Shown one piece after another: positions 1 to 7,277 of a stretch of DNA of 24,170 nucleotides. The DNA is taken from IMG/VR virus record IMGVR_UViG_3300005805_000485, positions 1-24,170 of that record, one strand, 5' to 3'. Source of the DNA: a virus (Duplodnaviria > Caudoviricetes). Below the pieces are notes generated by a model, which ran no database searches, was not told the origin of the DNA, and saw nothing but the letters and a program-made list of their open reading frames with translations. Numbering within the stretch: the first letter of the stretch is position 1; each line of letters begins with the position of its first letter. The translations under genes were made by a program, and so were the position numbers.

Positions 1-335
1 AATACTGTCAAAAGAGTATCCATTTGAAAAGGCACAAGAATTGGTTGTCCGCCGCAGAGCATGACCACCCAATTGAGTAAGGGAAATAAAACAAAGTGTA
101 GTGCGAAAGCGATTGAACATATCCAACCCACGCTTGGTCGCCATCCTGATTTAAATATGCTATCTGATTGAGCTTCAATTGCATTAACCTTTATTTGTTC
201 TACCGCTATTTGAAAGTCTTGGCTAGTTAATAATGTTTGTAATTGTTCTTGTGCTTCAAGTCTTTTATTTTTATCGGGTATAACTTTATCTAATACTGAT
301 CCTATTGTTCCCACTATCGTATCTATAAGTGCCAT
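1..335 (-). CDS. Holin of 3TMs (GTA_holin_3TM-like), 3'-truncated by window edge
   Basis: Not in ORF track. Translated by hand from ATG at 335, which overlaps the upstream stop as TAATG: MALIDTIVGTIGSVLDKVIPDKNKRLEAQEQL...FKSGWRPSVGWICSIAFALHFVLFPLLNW... The 'LDKVIPD' N-terminus and the 'WRP-x-VGW' motif before a TM helix typify this family. Confidence 0.85.
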   Translation of the reverse strand, partial: MALIDTIVGTIGSVLDKVIPDKNKRLEAQEQLQTLLTSQDFQIAVEQIKVNAIEAQSDSIFKSGWRPSVGWICSIAFALHFVLFPLLNWVVMLCGGQPILVPFQMDTLLTV

Positions 336-676
336 TAAAAATCATCCTCATTTAAATTATGTATATGACAAACTATTTTAGCGTATTTTTTAAACTTTGC
401 TTCATGCGCATCAAAATCTTTATGGCCTGAATACCATAAAAAACAATGAATCATTTCATGCATCATTGTATGGGTTATTTTATTCCAATCATCGCATGAT
501 CTATCTATTTGTATTCTTGGCGGATCGTTTATAAACCAACCAAAAGCATCGGTGTTAGATACCACTTCGAATGTAACACGATGAGCCGCAGGTAATTTCC
601 ACTCATTGAATGGTGGAAGCAGAGAAAGCATTTTATATATTTTGCGCAGATTTTGTTTGGTTAAGAGCTTGGCCAT
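335..676 (-). CDS. SprT-like zinc metalloprotease domain protein
   Basis: HExxH motif (MMHEMIH) followed by 'H-x-x-x-F' (AHEAKF), the SprT-like signature. Confidence 0.7.
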   Translation of the reverse strand: MAKLLTKQNLRKIYKMLSLLPPFNEWKLPAAHRVTFEVVSNTDAFGWFINDPPRIQIDRSCDDWNKITHTMMHEMIHCFLWYSGHKDFDAHEAKFKKYAKIVCHIHNLNEDDF

Positions 677-1070
677 AGTCTGCGTCTGTATAAGTAATTA
701 GTCCGTTAGGTGAGTAATATAAATATTTGCCTTCATTCTCTTCTTGTGTCTTTAATGTATGGTGTGGCACGCATAAGCTTTGAAACAAATTGTTTTTAAA
801 TTTATTAGCATCTTGCCTATGCGGAAATATATGATCAATTGCAACCGCCTGAACAACTTTGCCTTCTAAAAGACAAGCCTGGCATAAAGGCGTTTTACTT
901 AATTGAACTAATCTTTGTTTTTTCCAATAAGCCGTTGAATATAGCTTGCTATTCTCTTTGTCTTTTTGTGTCTTTTCGCCCCCATGAATACTACAAAAGG
1001 CGGATCGACTTGTTTTAAGATTATTGCAACCTAATTCCCGACATTTATCATTGACGGGCGTATAAGGCAT
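633..1070 (-). CDS. HNH endonuclease (packaging-associated type)
   Basis: CxxC (CQAC), DHIFPH, NLFQSLCVPHHTLKT, and an N-terminal Cys/His cluster (CRELGC...FCSIH) typical of phage HNH genes near terminase. Confidence 0.85.
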   Translation of the reverse strand: MPYTPVNDKCRELGCNNLKTSRSAFCSIHGGEKTQKDKENSKLYSTAYWKKQRLVQLSKTPLCQACLLEGKVVQAVAIDHIFPHRQDANKFKNNLFQSLCVPHHTLKTQEENEGKYLYYSPNGLITYTDADYGQALNQTKSAQNI

Positions 1071-1474
1071 TAATCTAAAAAGGTTAGCTTATACATTGTG
1101 GCTTCTACAATACTTAATAAGGCATCAACTTCATTTTGTAAACTTGTATAATCGCCAACAACTGACCTGTTAGCCACAATAAAATCTCTGATAGATGTTA
1201 CTTCTTGGAGCGCATCCGATTTAGGTGGCTCATACATATTTGGATATTCTACAATCTTTTGATATGCGCCTTGATATTGCTCTATGATCGTATCCACCGC
1301 ATCAGGTAGTTTTTCATAATAACCTTGTAGGGCTTTATGCTCTGCATAAGATTTAGTTTGTAAATGCAATAAATGAGCGTTTGTAGCGGCATGAAGTAAT
1401 TTTAAAAAGAATTCGCCAATAGTAACGCCTGGCAATACTACTTCAGCTTCTTTAATTGAGTATATTTTTTTCAT
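1070..1474 (-). CDS. Ferritin/Dps-like four-helix bundle protein (DUF5856-like)
   Basis: HLLHLQTKSYAEHKALQGYYEKL...DTIIEQYQG resembles the Dps ferroxidase-centre pattern (H...H...D...E). C-terminal 'YKLTFL' is typical of phage Dps-like proteins. Confidence 0.7.
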   Translation of the reverse strand: MKKIYSIKEAEVVLPGVTIGEFFLKLLHAATNAHLLHLQTKSYAEHKALQGYYEKLPDAVDTIIEQYQGAYQKIVEYPNMYEPPKSDALQEVTSIRDFIVANRSVVGDYTSLQNEVDALLSIVEATMYKLTFLD

Positions 1475-1478
1475 AATT

Positions 1479-1541
1479 TTACCTGTTCAATAAATATATA
1501 ACGATTGTCATAACAATAACGCCCAACAATAATTCTAACAT
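1479..1541 (-). CDS. Small single-TM peptide (20 aa)
   Basis: MLELLLGVIVMTIVIYLLNR. GAGGG Shine-Dalgarno upstream; fills the gap between neighbouring genes. Confidence 0.45.
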   Translation of the reverse strand: MLELLLGVIVMTIVIYLLNR

Positions 1542-1828
1542 AATTCACCCTCAAGAATTGTTAAAGTTTGTCGTAAAAGTTCCGATTCTGTCCCATATTT
1601 CGATTCAAAGGTTTTTTGCCCTGCGTGTAGTGCGACACCAAATCCACCATTTTGATGATGCATTGGGCAAAGAGGTATGGCAGTAGTCCAATGGCTTTTT
1701 TGACCAATCCCAGCGCCATGCCTAATATGGTGAATATGTGGTGCAGAATAGCCGAAACCAAGATTGCGACAAACAATGCAACCGATTTGAGATAACTTTT
1801 CATAGTGTTTTCTTTCATCTTTAGTCAA
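1535..1828 (-). CDS. Ref-like (recombination enhancement, RecA-dependent) HNH-type nuclease
   Basis: GCIVC...HIHHI...G-x-GQK...AIPLCPMHH...H motif set of the Ref/DUF968-like family; nin-region context. Confidence 0.75.
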   Translation of the reverse strand: MTKDERKHYEKLSQIGCIVCRNLGFGYSAPHIHHIRHGAGIGQKSHWTTAIPLCPMHHQNGGFGVALHAGQKTFESKYGTESELLRQTLTILEGELC

Positions 1829-2189
1829 TCGACCACCCTAATTGTGCAAAATAAGATTCAATTTGCTGAATATAATTTGTAAATTCCTCAACTGTAAGAT
1901 CAGTCGTTGAGCGAACATAAGGCACTTGAACTCCATTAATAGTTTTTTGTTCAGATAAGAATAGATGGCCACATAGTAAATGGACTTCCATCGGCAAATA
2001 GCCCGTAAAATTGGAAATGCTTTTATAAAGTCTGCCCCATAAAAATTTATTGGCTTCAAGTGATCTTTTACTATCAGCCTTTTCTTTTATCGTAACTTGC
2101 GGAAGCTTGCCTTGTTTGATTAGCTCTTCCAAATAAATCATTAGTTGCGGCAAGTTGTCCTTCGTTACTGTCCAATCTCTCTGCTTCAT
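1821..2189 (-). CDS. ninB: NinB-family recombination protein
   Basis: KRSLEANKFLW (RS-x-x-(Q/A)N-x-x-LW) and RSTTDLTVEEFTNYIQQIESY motifs of NinB/Orf. Confidence 0.75.
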   Translation of the reverse strand: MKQRDWTVTKDNLPQLMIYLEELIKQGKLPQVTIKEKADSKRSLEANKFLWGRLYKSISNFTGYLPMEVHLLCGHLFLSEQKTINGVQVPYVRSTTDLTVEEFTNYIQQIESYFAQLGWSID

Positions 2190-2343
2190 CTTTTAATGCC
2201 TTTGCGTTATCGTGTATTTTAACCATCTTATTTCCATCCCAAAGTATGTATCTATTTGCGCCATCCGCAAGAACATATCTTGAAATCCAATAATTATTGC
2301 GTTCTATACAATATTGACTAATCTTTGACCATTTATTTTGCAT
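2074..2343 (-). CDS. Hypothetical protein
   Basis: Start overlaps the end of the upstream gene; 3' part overlaps ninB. No recognised motif. Confidence 0.5.
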   Translation of the reverse strand: MQNKWSKISQYCIERNNYWISRYVLADGANRYILWDGNKMVKIHDNAKALKDEAERLDSNEGQLAATNDLFGRANQTRQASASYDKRKG

Positions 2344-2764
2344 GAATAGCTTCTTTAGCAGTCTTTAAAGATATAGCAGGGTAATTTTTAGGATTAGCAA
2401 TAATGCGATGCGCCCATGCTCGCATATCTTTTAGCTTCTTATCTTCAATCGGCATTTTCTCATGCACCATAGCCAATAACTTATCGGCCTGTGTTTTGTT
2501 TTGCTGATTGTTTAATTTAGGCGCTTGAAGTTGAACAAACTCAATAGGCTTTTCTCGACAAAGTTGCAAGATGTCAAATACAGTAGGCATAAACTTATTG
2601 TTATCAACCCATTTATCAAAAGCTTTTGTAACTACATTAAATTCAAATTTATCTAGTTTATGAAACCATACTCGTAATGTATCTATATCTAAATTTGGTT
2701 TTTGATAAAGACTTGTTACTGTATCCATCATTGATTTAAATGCTATCTTATCTTTTTCTTGCAT
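2333..2764 (-). CDS. Putative replicative helicase loader/inhibitor-like protein
   Basis: N-terminal helical domain with 'W...L...VTKAFDKW...KFMPTVFDI' resembling G39P/P-like loaders; lies downstream of the replication initiator. Confidence 0.45.
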   Translation of the reverse strand: MQEKDKIAFKSMMDTVTSLYQKPNLDIDTLRVWFHKLDKFEFNVVTKAFDKWVDNNKFMPTVFDILQLCREKPIEFVQLQAPKLNNQQNKTQADKLLAMVHEKMPIEDKKLKDMRAWAHRIIANPKNYPAISLKTAKEAIHAK

Positions 2765-2969
2765 ACGACACCTTATAAGTTTGATTTACCCTACAAAATT
2801 TATTACCTTTTAAAACATTTATTGCATTGCATTTAATTACGGGTTGTTTGTGTGATATTAAATATTTTTCACCTGCAACTTGAACACCTGTATTTATTGC
2901 AACACTTGTTGCTATTTCAGCGCATCCGCTCAATAAAAAAATTAATGGTAAAAAAGTAATATATCTCAT
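2748..2969 (-). CDS. Putative lipoprotein
   Basis: MRYITFLPLIFLLSGC: basic N-terminus, hydrophobic core and LSGC lipobox. Confidence 0.6.
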   Translation of the reverse strand: MRYITFLPLIFLLSGCAEIATSVAINTGVQVAGEKYLISHKQPVIKCNAINVLKGNKFCRVNQTYKVSYARKR

Positions 2970-3109
2970 TTAGCCATCATATATAAACCAACATTTCCTA
3001 AAGCATATCCAAAATAACAAATACTCATGCCATTGTTACCTAAATAAAATTGCTCAAAACTTATATAAGCATAAATTAAACCTGTAATTATTATTAGTGT
3101 ATGGCTCAA
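2966..3109 (-). CDS. Small 2-TM membrane protein (47 aa, TTG start)
   Basis: MSHTLIIITGLIYAYISFEQFYLGNNGMSICYFGYALGNVGLYMMAK. Coupled to both neighbours by TTGA and ATGA overlaps. Confidence 0.65.
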   Translation of the reverse strand: MSHTLIIITGLIYAYISFEQFYLGNNGMSICYFGYALGNVGLYMMAK

Positions 3110-3297
3110 AATGGTGGCTCGTCTTTAATTAAATCAAAAGGATTTTCTTTTGGTTTTGGCGCTAGTCTTTGTATTTTATGATTAGGCCTATGCAATATAT
3201 AACATTCAGCTTCATGTTTTGTTCTAAAGCGCATGATTGGCTCACCCACATCATCAAATACTAAATATCTAAATAAAACTTCCATAGTAGTAATCAT
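3106..3297 (-). CDS. Hypothetical protein
   Basis: Tightly coupled ORF in the operon; acidic C-terminus ending in DEPPF. Confidence 0.6.
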   Translation of the reverse strand: MITTMEVLFRYLVFDDVGEPIMRFRTKHEAECYILHRPNHKIQRLAPKPKENPFDLIKDEPPF

Positions 3298-3398
3298 CGA
3301 ATAAAAGCCAATTCTAACACTAATGAGAATCCAAGTAATAGTCCAAATGCACCAACAACCATTAATATTTTGATTGCAATGTTAATGATTTTTTCCAT
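3294..3398 (-). CDS. Small single-TM protein (34 aa)
   Basis: MEKIINIAIKILMVVGAFGLLLGFSLVLELAFIR. ATGA overlap with the downstream gene. Confidence 0.55.
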   Translation of the reverse strand: MEKIINIAIKILMVVGAFGLLLGFSLVLELAFIR

Positions 3399-3507
3399 TA
3401 AACTCTTCCCACAATAAATATAAGATGAGTGTAACAACCAGGAATAAAGGTATCCACAAAATAAAACCAACAATTTTAATGACCAATGACAAATTTGCTA
3501 CTGTCAT
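3382..3507 (-). CDS. Small single-TM protein (41 aa)
   Basis: MTVANLSLVIKIVGFILWIPLFLVVTLILYLLWEEFNGKNH. Fills the gap and overlaps both neighbours. Confidence 0.45.
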   Translation of the reverse strand: MTVANLSLVIKIVGFILWIPLFLVVTLILYLLWEEFNGKNH

Positions 3508-3703
3508 ATTTTTTCTCAATTCCGTTAATTGTTTTAGAATTTTTAACTCCAAGCTCACTTATAACAAGATTATGACTTTTGCCACGAATATCGCGCATCC
3601 ATTGAATTGAATCAGGCTCAAAAAATGAAATCATTTTCCAAACAAGTTGGCCGTCTTTTGAATATTCCTCTATAAGCCATGCTTTAGTTTCCATCTTCAT
3701 CAT
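3476..3703 (-). CDS. Hypothetical protein
   Basis: Co-oriented overlapping ORF in the operon. Confidence 0.55.
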   Translation of the reverse strand: MMKMETKAWLIEEYSKDGQLVWKMISFFEPDSIQWMRDIRGKSHNLVISELGVKNSKTINGIEKKYDSSKFVIGH

Positions 3704-3962
3704 CCTGATTAATCATTTTTACATCTTTAAGTTTTCTAGTATTTCCGTCAAATAAAAATTCTATATTGCATTTAGTAAATCTTCTTTTGTTAGTAGAAGC
3801 TAACAAACCTACCTTATCATAAGGCCTTAAAAATACCAAATACGGAATTGCTATATCAGGAATTGGTGCTGGTTTAGTTCTAGCTATCTCTTGAACATCA
3901 AGTGTGCCTTGTAACTGTTTCACCCAAAGTTCAAGAGAAGCCATTGTATTATCTTGTGTCAT
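3684..3962 (-). CDS. Hypothetical protein
   Basis: Co-oriented ORF with AGAGAG purine tract upstream. Confidence 0.55.
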   Translation of the reverse strand: MTQDNTMASLELWVKQLQGTLDVQEIARTKPAPIPDIAIPYLVFLRPYDKVGLLASTNKRRFTKCNIEFLFDGNTRKLKDVKMINQDDEDGN

Positions 3963-3977
3963 TTTATATCTCTCTTG

Positions 3978-4331
3978 TTAGTAAAAAATATGATTTGCTA
4001 TCGCTACTTTCACTTCTTTTTGTTTAGCCCAAATAGGTTTGACTTTCCTGGTGTGATACCATTTAGCGCCCCTTGTCGGATCATCAACTTTACCTTCCAA
4101 TATAGCTTTAGCTAATGGCATTAAATATGCTACTTGTGTTTTAGTAGGCATTCCATAATCTAAAAACTGATATTGGGCAGGTTGTTTCATTATCTGACAA
4201 ATACTTTTCGGATAATTTGGATCAGCTTTGCGGTTAATTGCAGTATAAGCAACCGCAACTTTGCCAACATCAGGCTCACCCCTTGCTTCACCAAACATAA
4301 TTGCTGATAAACATAAGATTTCATTAATCAT
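3978..4331 (-). CDS. SleB-family cell wall hydrolase (Hydrolase_2, lytic transglycosylase)
   Basis: CLSAIMFGEARGE...AVAYTAINR...YPKSIC...QYQF...DPTRGAKWYH...W...IANHIFY matches the whole SleB catalytic domain pattern. SD AGGA present. Confidence 0.9.
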   Translation of the reverse strand: MINEILCLSAIMFGEARGEPDVGKVAVAYTAINRKADPNYPKSICQIMKQPAQYQFLDYGMPTKTQVAYLMPLAKAILEGKVDDPTRGAKWYHTRKVKPIWAKQKEVKVAIANHIFY

Positions 4332-4339
4332 AGCCTTCC

Positions 4340-4999
4340 TTAAAATGTTACTGATACGGCCTTTTCATCTTCCCATGAATGGGAGCGTATCCATGATGCA
4401 GGATACGGGATAAATTGGCCACCTTGCTTAAACCATTCAGGCGATTGTTTCTGCCATTCTAATGCTTTAAGGACTACTTCTATATTAGGTCTTATCGTAT
4501 TCCAAGCCTTTCTAGCATCTTCCTTCTTTTTCTTTTTTGGAAATGCCTGCCAGAAGATTTCAAAGTCTTTAGATATATATTGGTTATTGGTTATTAAGTT
4601 ATTGGTTATTGAGTTATTGGTTAGTTGAACGCCCGTTGATTTTATTTCAACGCCCGTTGAACGCCCGTTGGAATTCGCCCTTAAATCAGCGCTTTTGCGA
4701 CCTGCTCGACTAGCAATTTCAAGTCTTTCTTTATAAGTTTGTATCTCACGATCCGACCTTCCTTGAACATAACCAGCTTCAGTTTTAGTCCAAAAGTCCA
4801 AAAGAACATTTCGCATAGCTTGTTTTTCATCTTCAGTCCTCGCATTAAATAATCTAAAAAGTTTATCTTCATCCGCAGGTAGCGGCTTTTCATCTAGATA
4901 ATATTGATCTAATAACTGTCGATAACAACCATGTTCTAGTAATGATAAATGGCTTGTATCTTTGCGGTAATCCGCGATGTTGTATTGATAATAATGCAA
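4340..4999 (-). CDS. DUF1376/YdaU-family phage replication initiator (TTG start)
   Basis: N-terminal MHYYQYNIADYRKDTSHLSLLEHGCYRQLLDQYY (DUF1376) and C-terminal FEIFWQAFPKK...ARKAW...FIPYPASWI...WEDE domain typical of phage replication proteins. AAAGGAAA SD before TTG. Confidence 0.85.
   Translation of the reverse strand: MHYYQYNIADYRKDTSHLSLLEHGCYRQLLDQYYLDEKPLPADEDKLFRLFNARTEDEKQAMRNVLLDFWTKTEAGYVQGRSDREIQTYKERLEIASRAGRKSADLRANSNGRSTGVEIKSTGVQLTNNSITNNLITNNQYISKDFEIFWQAFPKKKKKEDARKAWNTIRPNIEVVLKALEWQKQSPEWFKQGGQFIPYPASWIRSHSWEDEKAVSVTF
4579..4672. repeat. Iteron-like repeats plus AT-rich repeat tract (putative origin of replication)
   Basis: AACGCCCGTTG at 4628-4638, 4649-4659 and 4660-4670. 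GTTATT at 4583, 4590, 4598, 4605 and 4613, plus variant GTTAGT at 4620. All lie in the linker region of the initiator gene. Confidence 0.65.
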
Positions 5000-5035
5000 T
5001 TAGTTTCCTTTCTCTTATCTTGTATTGCTTTTCGC

Positions 5036-5065
5036 ACTATAAACCTAAATTTATTTATCTTGCAA
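5036..5065 (-). promoter_or_regulatory. Putative sigma70 promoter for the replication gene
   Basis: On the minus strand TTGCAA (5065-5060), 18 nt spacer, TATAGT (5041-5036), upstream of the SD of the DUF1376 gene. Confidence 0.45.
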
Positions 5066-5407
5066 GTATTTTTGGATTATTTTTTGCCCTTCCTCAAACC
5101 CATAGGCCACTTCCGCACCATAACCCATTGATTCTGCTATGTTTAAAAAATCTATTTGATTTTGTTGTAATTTTGCACTTTTATCCTTTTTCATCTCAAT
5201 AAATAGCCCATGTAGGCCATTAGCTGGGATCATAAGGAATAAGTCTGAAACGCCTGCCGTAACCCCTTCAGCCTTTAATTTTATGGCCGTTCCTATATGC
5301 CTTGCGCCGCCATTTGGTATAGCAAATAGGCATTTAGCCATTAATGGATATTGAAGGCGAAACCATTTAATAAGCAAGGACTGTGCCAGGTGTTCTTGAT
5401 TGCGCAT
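5051..5407 (-). CDS. VRR-NUC domain nuclease
   Basis: EHLAQ...FAIPNGG...LKAEGVTAGVSDL...LFIEMK...LQQNQ...F is the canonical VRR-NUC PD-(D/E)xK pattern. Start re-assigned to MRNQEH (5407) because the longer ORF runs over the rightward promoter. Confidence 0.85.
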   Translation of the reverse strand: MRNQEHLAQSLLIKWFRLQYPLMAKCLFAIPNGGARHIGTAIKLKAEGVTAGVSDLFLMIPANGLHGLFIEMKKDKSAKLQQNQIDFLNIAESMGYGAEVAYGFEEGQKIIQKYLQDK

Positions 5408-5416
5408 AAAAAAAGT

Positions 5417-5444
5417 TTGACATAAATATTGATATTGGCATAAT
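5417..5444 (+). promoter_or_regulatory. Strong sigma70-type early promoter for the rightward operon
   Basis: Perfect TTGACA (5417-5422), 16 nt spacer, CATAAT (5439-5444) with extended -10 TG at 5436-5437. TAAGGA SD precedes ATG 5492. Confidence 0.7.
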
Positions 5445-5491
5445 AACACCTAGCAACACAATTTTAATAACGAAACTTTAAGGAAACTAAA

Positions 5492-5683
5492 ATGGAAAAT
5501 ACAAGAGAAGAAGGCGTAGCAAGAATAGGTTTAGGCGCTAAAATTCATCCAGCAGTCAAAATTAATGGCCATATATTTTTTCAATGCAATTGTCCAGGCA
5601 CTAAAAATGGTTGGGCGCTAAACGCAACCAACTTTTTAAGCAAAACTTATTATCCTAATTTAATCAAAACTTGCAAAGGATAA
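5492..5683 (+). CDS. Hypothetical early protein (possible small Zn-binding H...CxC motif)
   Basis: Good SD; first gene after the promoter; contains KIHPA...QCNCPGT. Confidence 0.6.
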   Translation: MENTREEGVARIGLGAKIHPAVKINGHIFFQCNCPGTKNGWALNATNFLSKTYYPNLIKTCKG

Positions 5684-5687
5684 TAAT

Positions 5688-5945
5688 ATGAAGCTATTAA
5701 CCGCACTATTAATCGCACTACCAATCGCTTCATTCGCAGGCGAACCAGCTAAACTCCGTTATAATTGGGTTGAAAAAAAATGGAATTACGCACCCAAAGA
5801 AGCCAAGCTTAAATATAATTGGACTGCCGACCAATACGAGTTTGTTATGCCAGGCTCACAATTAAAATTTAATACTCAAAGCAATAATTATGAGTATGTT
5901 CAAACTCAAATTAGCAATCCTTATAAATCTGAAATAGGGGAATAA
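5688..5945 (+). CDS. Putative secreted/periplasmic protein with three internal repeats
   Basis: Sec-like signal MKLLTALLIALPIASFA. Repeats AKLRYNWVEKKWNYA, AKLKYNWTADQYEFV and SQLKFNTQSNNYEYV. AAGGA SD. Confidence 0.7.
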   Translation: MKLLTALLIALPIASFAGEPAKLRYNWVEKKWNYAPKEAKLKYNWTADQYEFVMPGSQLKFNTQSNNYEYVQTQISNPYKSEIGE

Positions 5946-5946
5946 C

Positions 5947-6060
5947 ATGACAACACAAAATAAGAAATTAGTAATTTATGCCATTGCCGTATATGCATAT
6001 TTTGGCTTGTGGTTATATGTATTGTATCCTTTACTAGACAAATTCTTAAAAGGCGTATAA
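5947..6060 (+). CDS. Small single-TM protein (37 aa)
   Basis: MTTQNKKLVIYAIAVYAYFGLWLYVLYPLLDKFLKGV. AGGGGA SD; exactly fills the gap. Confidence 0.6.
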   Translation: MTTQNKKLVIYAIAVYAYFGLWLYVLYPLLDKFLKGV

Positions 6061-6061
6061 T

Positions 6062-6448
6062 ATGACGACAAATCAATCACTTACGGGAGCTGATATGGCT
6101 GACCAAGTTGCAGTTGAAAATAAGATACATATTCAAGCGCTTCATCATCCTGATCCTGATTTTTATGGTGATGATGACCAAATTAGGAATATGCAAGAAC
6201 TTATTGAATATTACCTAACTTTCCAATGTCAAAATTGGGGCGACCTATATGCTGACGCTGAAAATTCAGGCCCATTTATTACTAAAATTCATAGCATTTT
6301 ATTTGATGCTAAAGATGATGAATTAGGCCGTATTCGTGATGAATTTAATAAAGCTATTAAAGACATGGCCAAGTATGTTTATAATAACCATGAAACTAAT
6401 AGTTGGGCTAAACGCATCTATGATGCTACAATAGAAAATATAGTTTAA
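6062..6448 (+). CDS. Hypothetical protein (acidic)
   Basis: Co-oriented ORF; no recognised motif. Confidence 0.65.
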   Translation: MTTNQSLTGADMADQVAVENKIHIQALHHPDPDFYGDDDQIRNMQELIEYYLTFQCQNWGDLYADAENSGPFITKIHSILFDAKDDELGRIRDEFNKAIKDMAKYVYNNHETNSWAKRIYDATIENIV

Positions 6449-6480
6449 TTTAAAATTTTTGAAACTAGTTAGGAAAATAT

Positions 6481-6723
6481 ATGACAAGAAAACCAAGAAG
6501 CAAGAAACAATATTTAAAAAATACAGTTGATGCTAGATTGTGGATTAATGAATTTTTAATTGATAATCCTCAATATACAAATGATAAAGAAAATATACAA
6601 GATTGGTTAAGTAAAGCTTTGCTCGGTGGTTGGCATTTAGGTTTTTATGATGGGCAAATGAGAGCTTTAGATAAGCTTGAAAGATCATTTAAAGTAATGA
6701 AATACGATACTGATTACGATTAG
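6481..6723 (+). CDS. Hypothetical protein
   Basis: AGGA SD; co-oriented. Confidence 0.6.
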   Translation: MTRKPRSKKQYLKNTVDARLWINEFLIDNPQYTNDKENIQDWLSKALLGGWHLGFYDGQMRALDKLERSFKVMKYDTDYD

Positions 6724-6734
6724 GACAAGATAAA

Positions 6735-7277
6735 ATGAAAACTTCCGATAGCATTAAACAAATTGCTGAAGCTTTAGTGTCGGCGCAAAAAGAAATTAAA
6801 TTTGCCGTTAAAGATTCAACCAATCCTCACTACAAATCTAAATACGCCAATATCAACTCTGTTATTGATGCTGTTAAAAAGCCACTCAATGATAATGGCA
6901 TAGCAATACTTCAATCATTAAGTCCTTCCGATGACGGCAAGCTTCACTTAACCACCCGTTTAATCCATAGTTCAGGGGAATGGATTGAAGATGTTGCCGT
7001 CTGCCCTTTACAAAAACAGGATGCGCAAGGATTAGGATCAGCTATATCTTATATTCGCCGATATAGTTTATCCGCTATGTGCGCCGTTTATGCCGATGAT
7101 GACGATGGTCAATCAGCCGCTCTCAATGCCGCAGATTATCTTCAGAAAATTAAAGATAGCCAAACATTAGAGGAATTACAGGCTAACTATAATTTTGTTA
7201 TGGGTGAAGTTAAGAATGATCGCACCTTATCTAAAATGGTGATTGATGCTAAAGATAAAAGAAAGGCGGAACTATGA
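6735..7277 (+). CDS. erf: ERF-family single-strand annealing protein
   Basis: KDSTNPHYKSKYA...LIHSSGEWI...QGLGSAISYIRRYSLSAM...DDDDG, the canonical ERF signature. Confidence 0.92.
   Translation: MKTSDSIKQIAEALVSAQKEIKFAVKDSTNPHYKSKYANINSVIDAVKKPLNDNGIAILQSLSPSDDGKLHLTTRLIHSSGEWIEDVAVCPLQKQDAQGLGSAISYIRRYSLSAMCAVYADDDDGQSAALNAADYLQKIKDSQTLEELQANYNFVMGEVKNDRTLSKMVIDAKDKRKAEL

Noticed and set aside
1561-2059. Alternative-frame ORFs 1561-1818 and 1838-2059 (-)
   Set aside because: Fully nested in the Ref-like and ninB genes, which carry clear family motifs; no independent signals.
3425-5202. ORFs 3425-3610(+), 4681-4893(-), 4942-5202(+), 4949-5131(+)
   Set aside because: Antisense or out-of-frame shadows of better supported genes in a uniformly leftward operon.
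5408-5449. N-terminal extension of the VRR-NUC ORF in the track
   Set aside because: Runs across the rightward promoter; the domain starts naturally at MRNQEH (5407).
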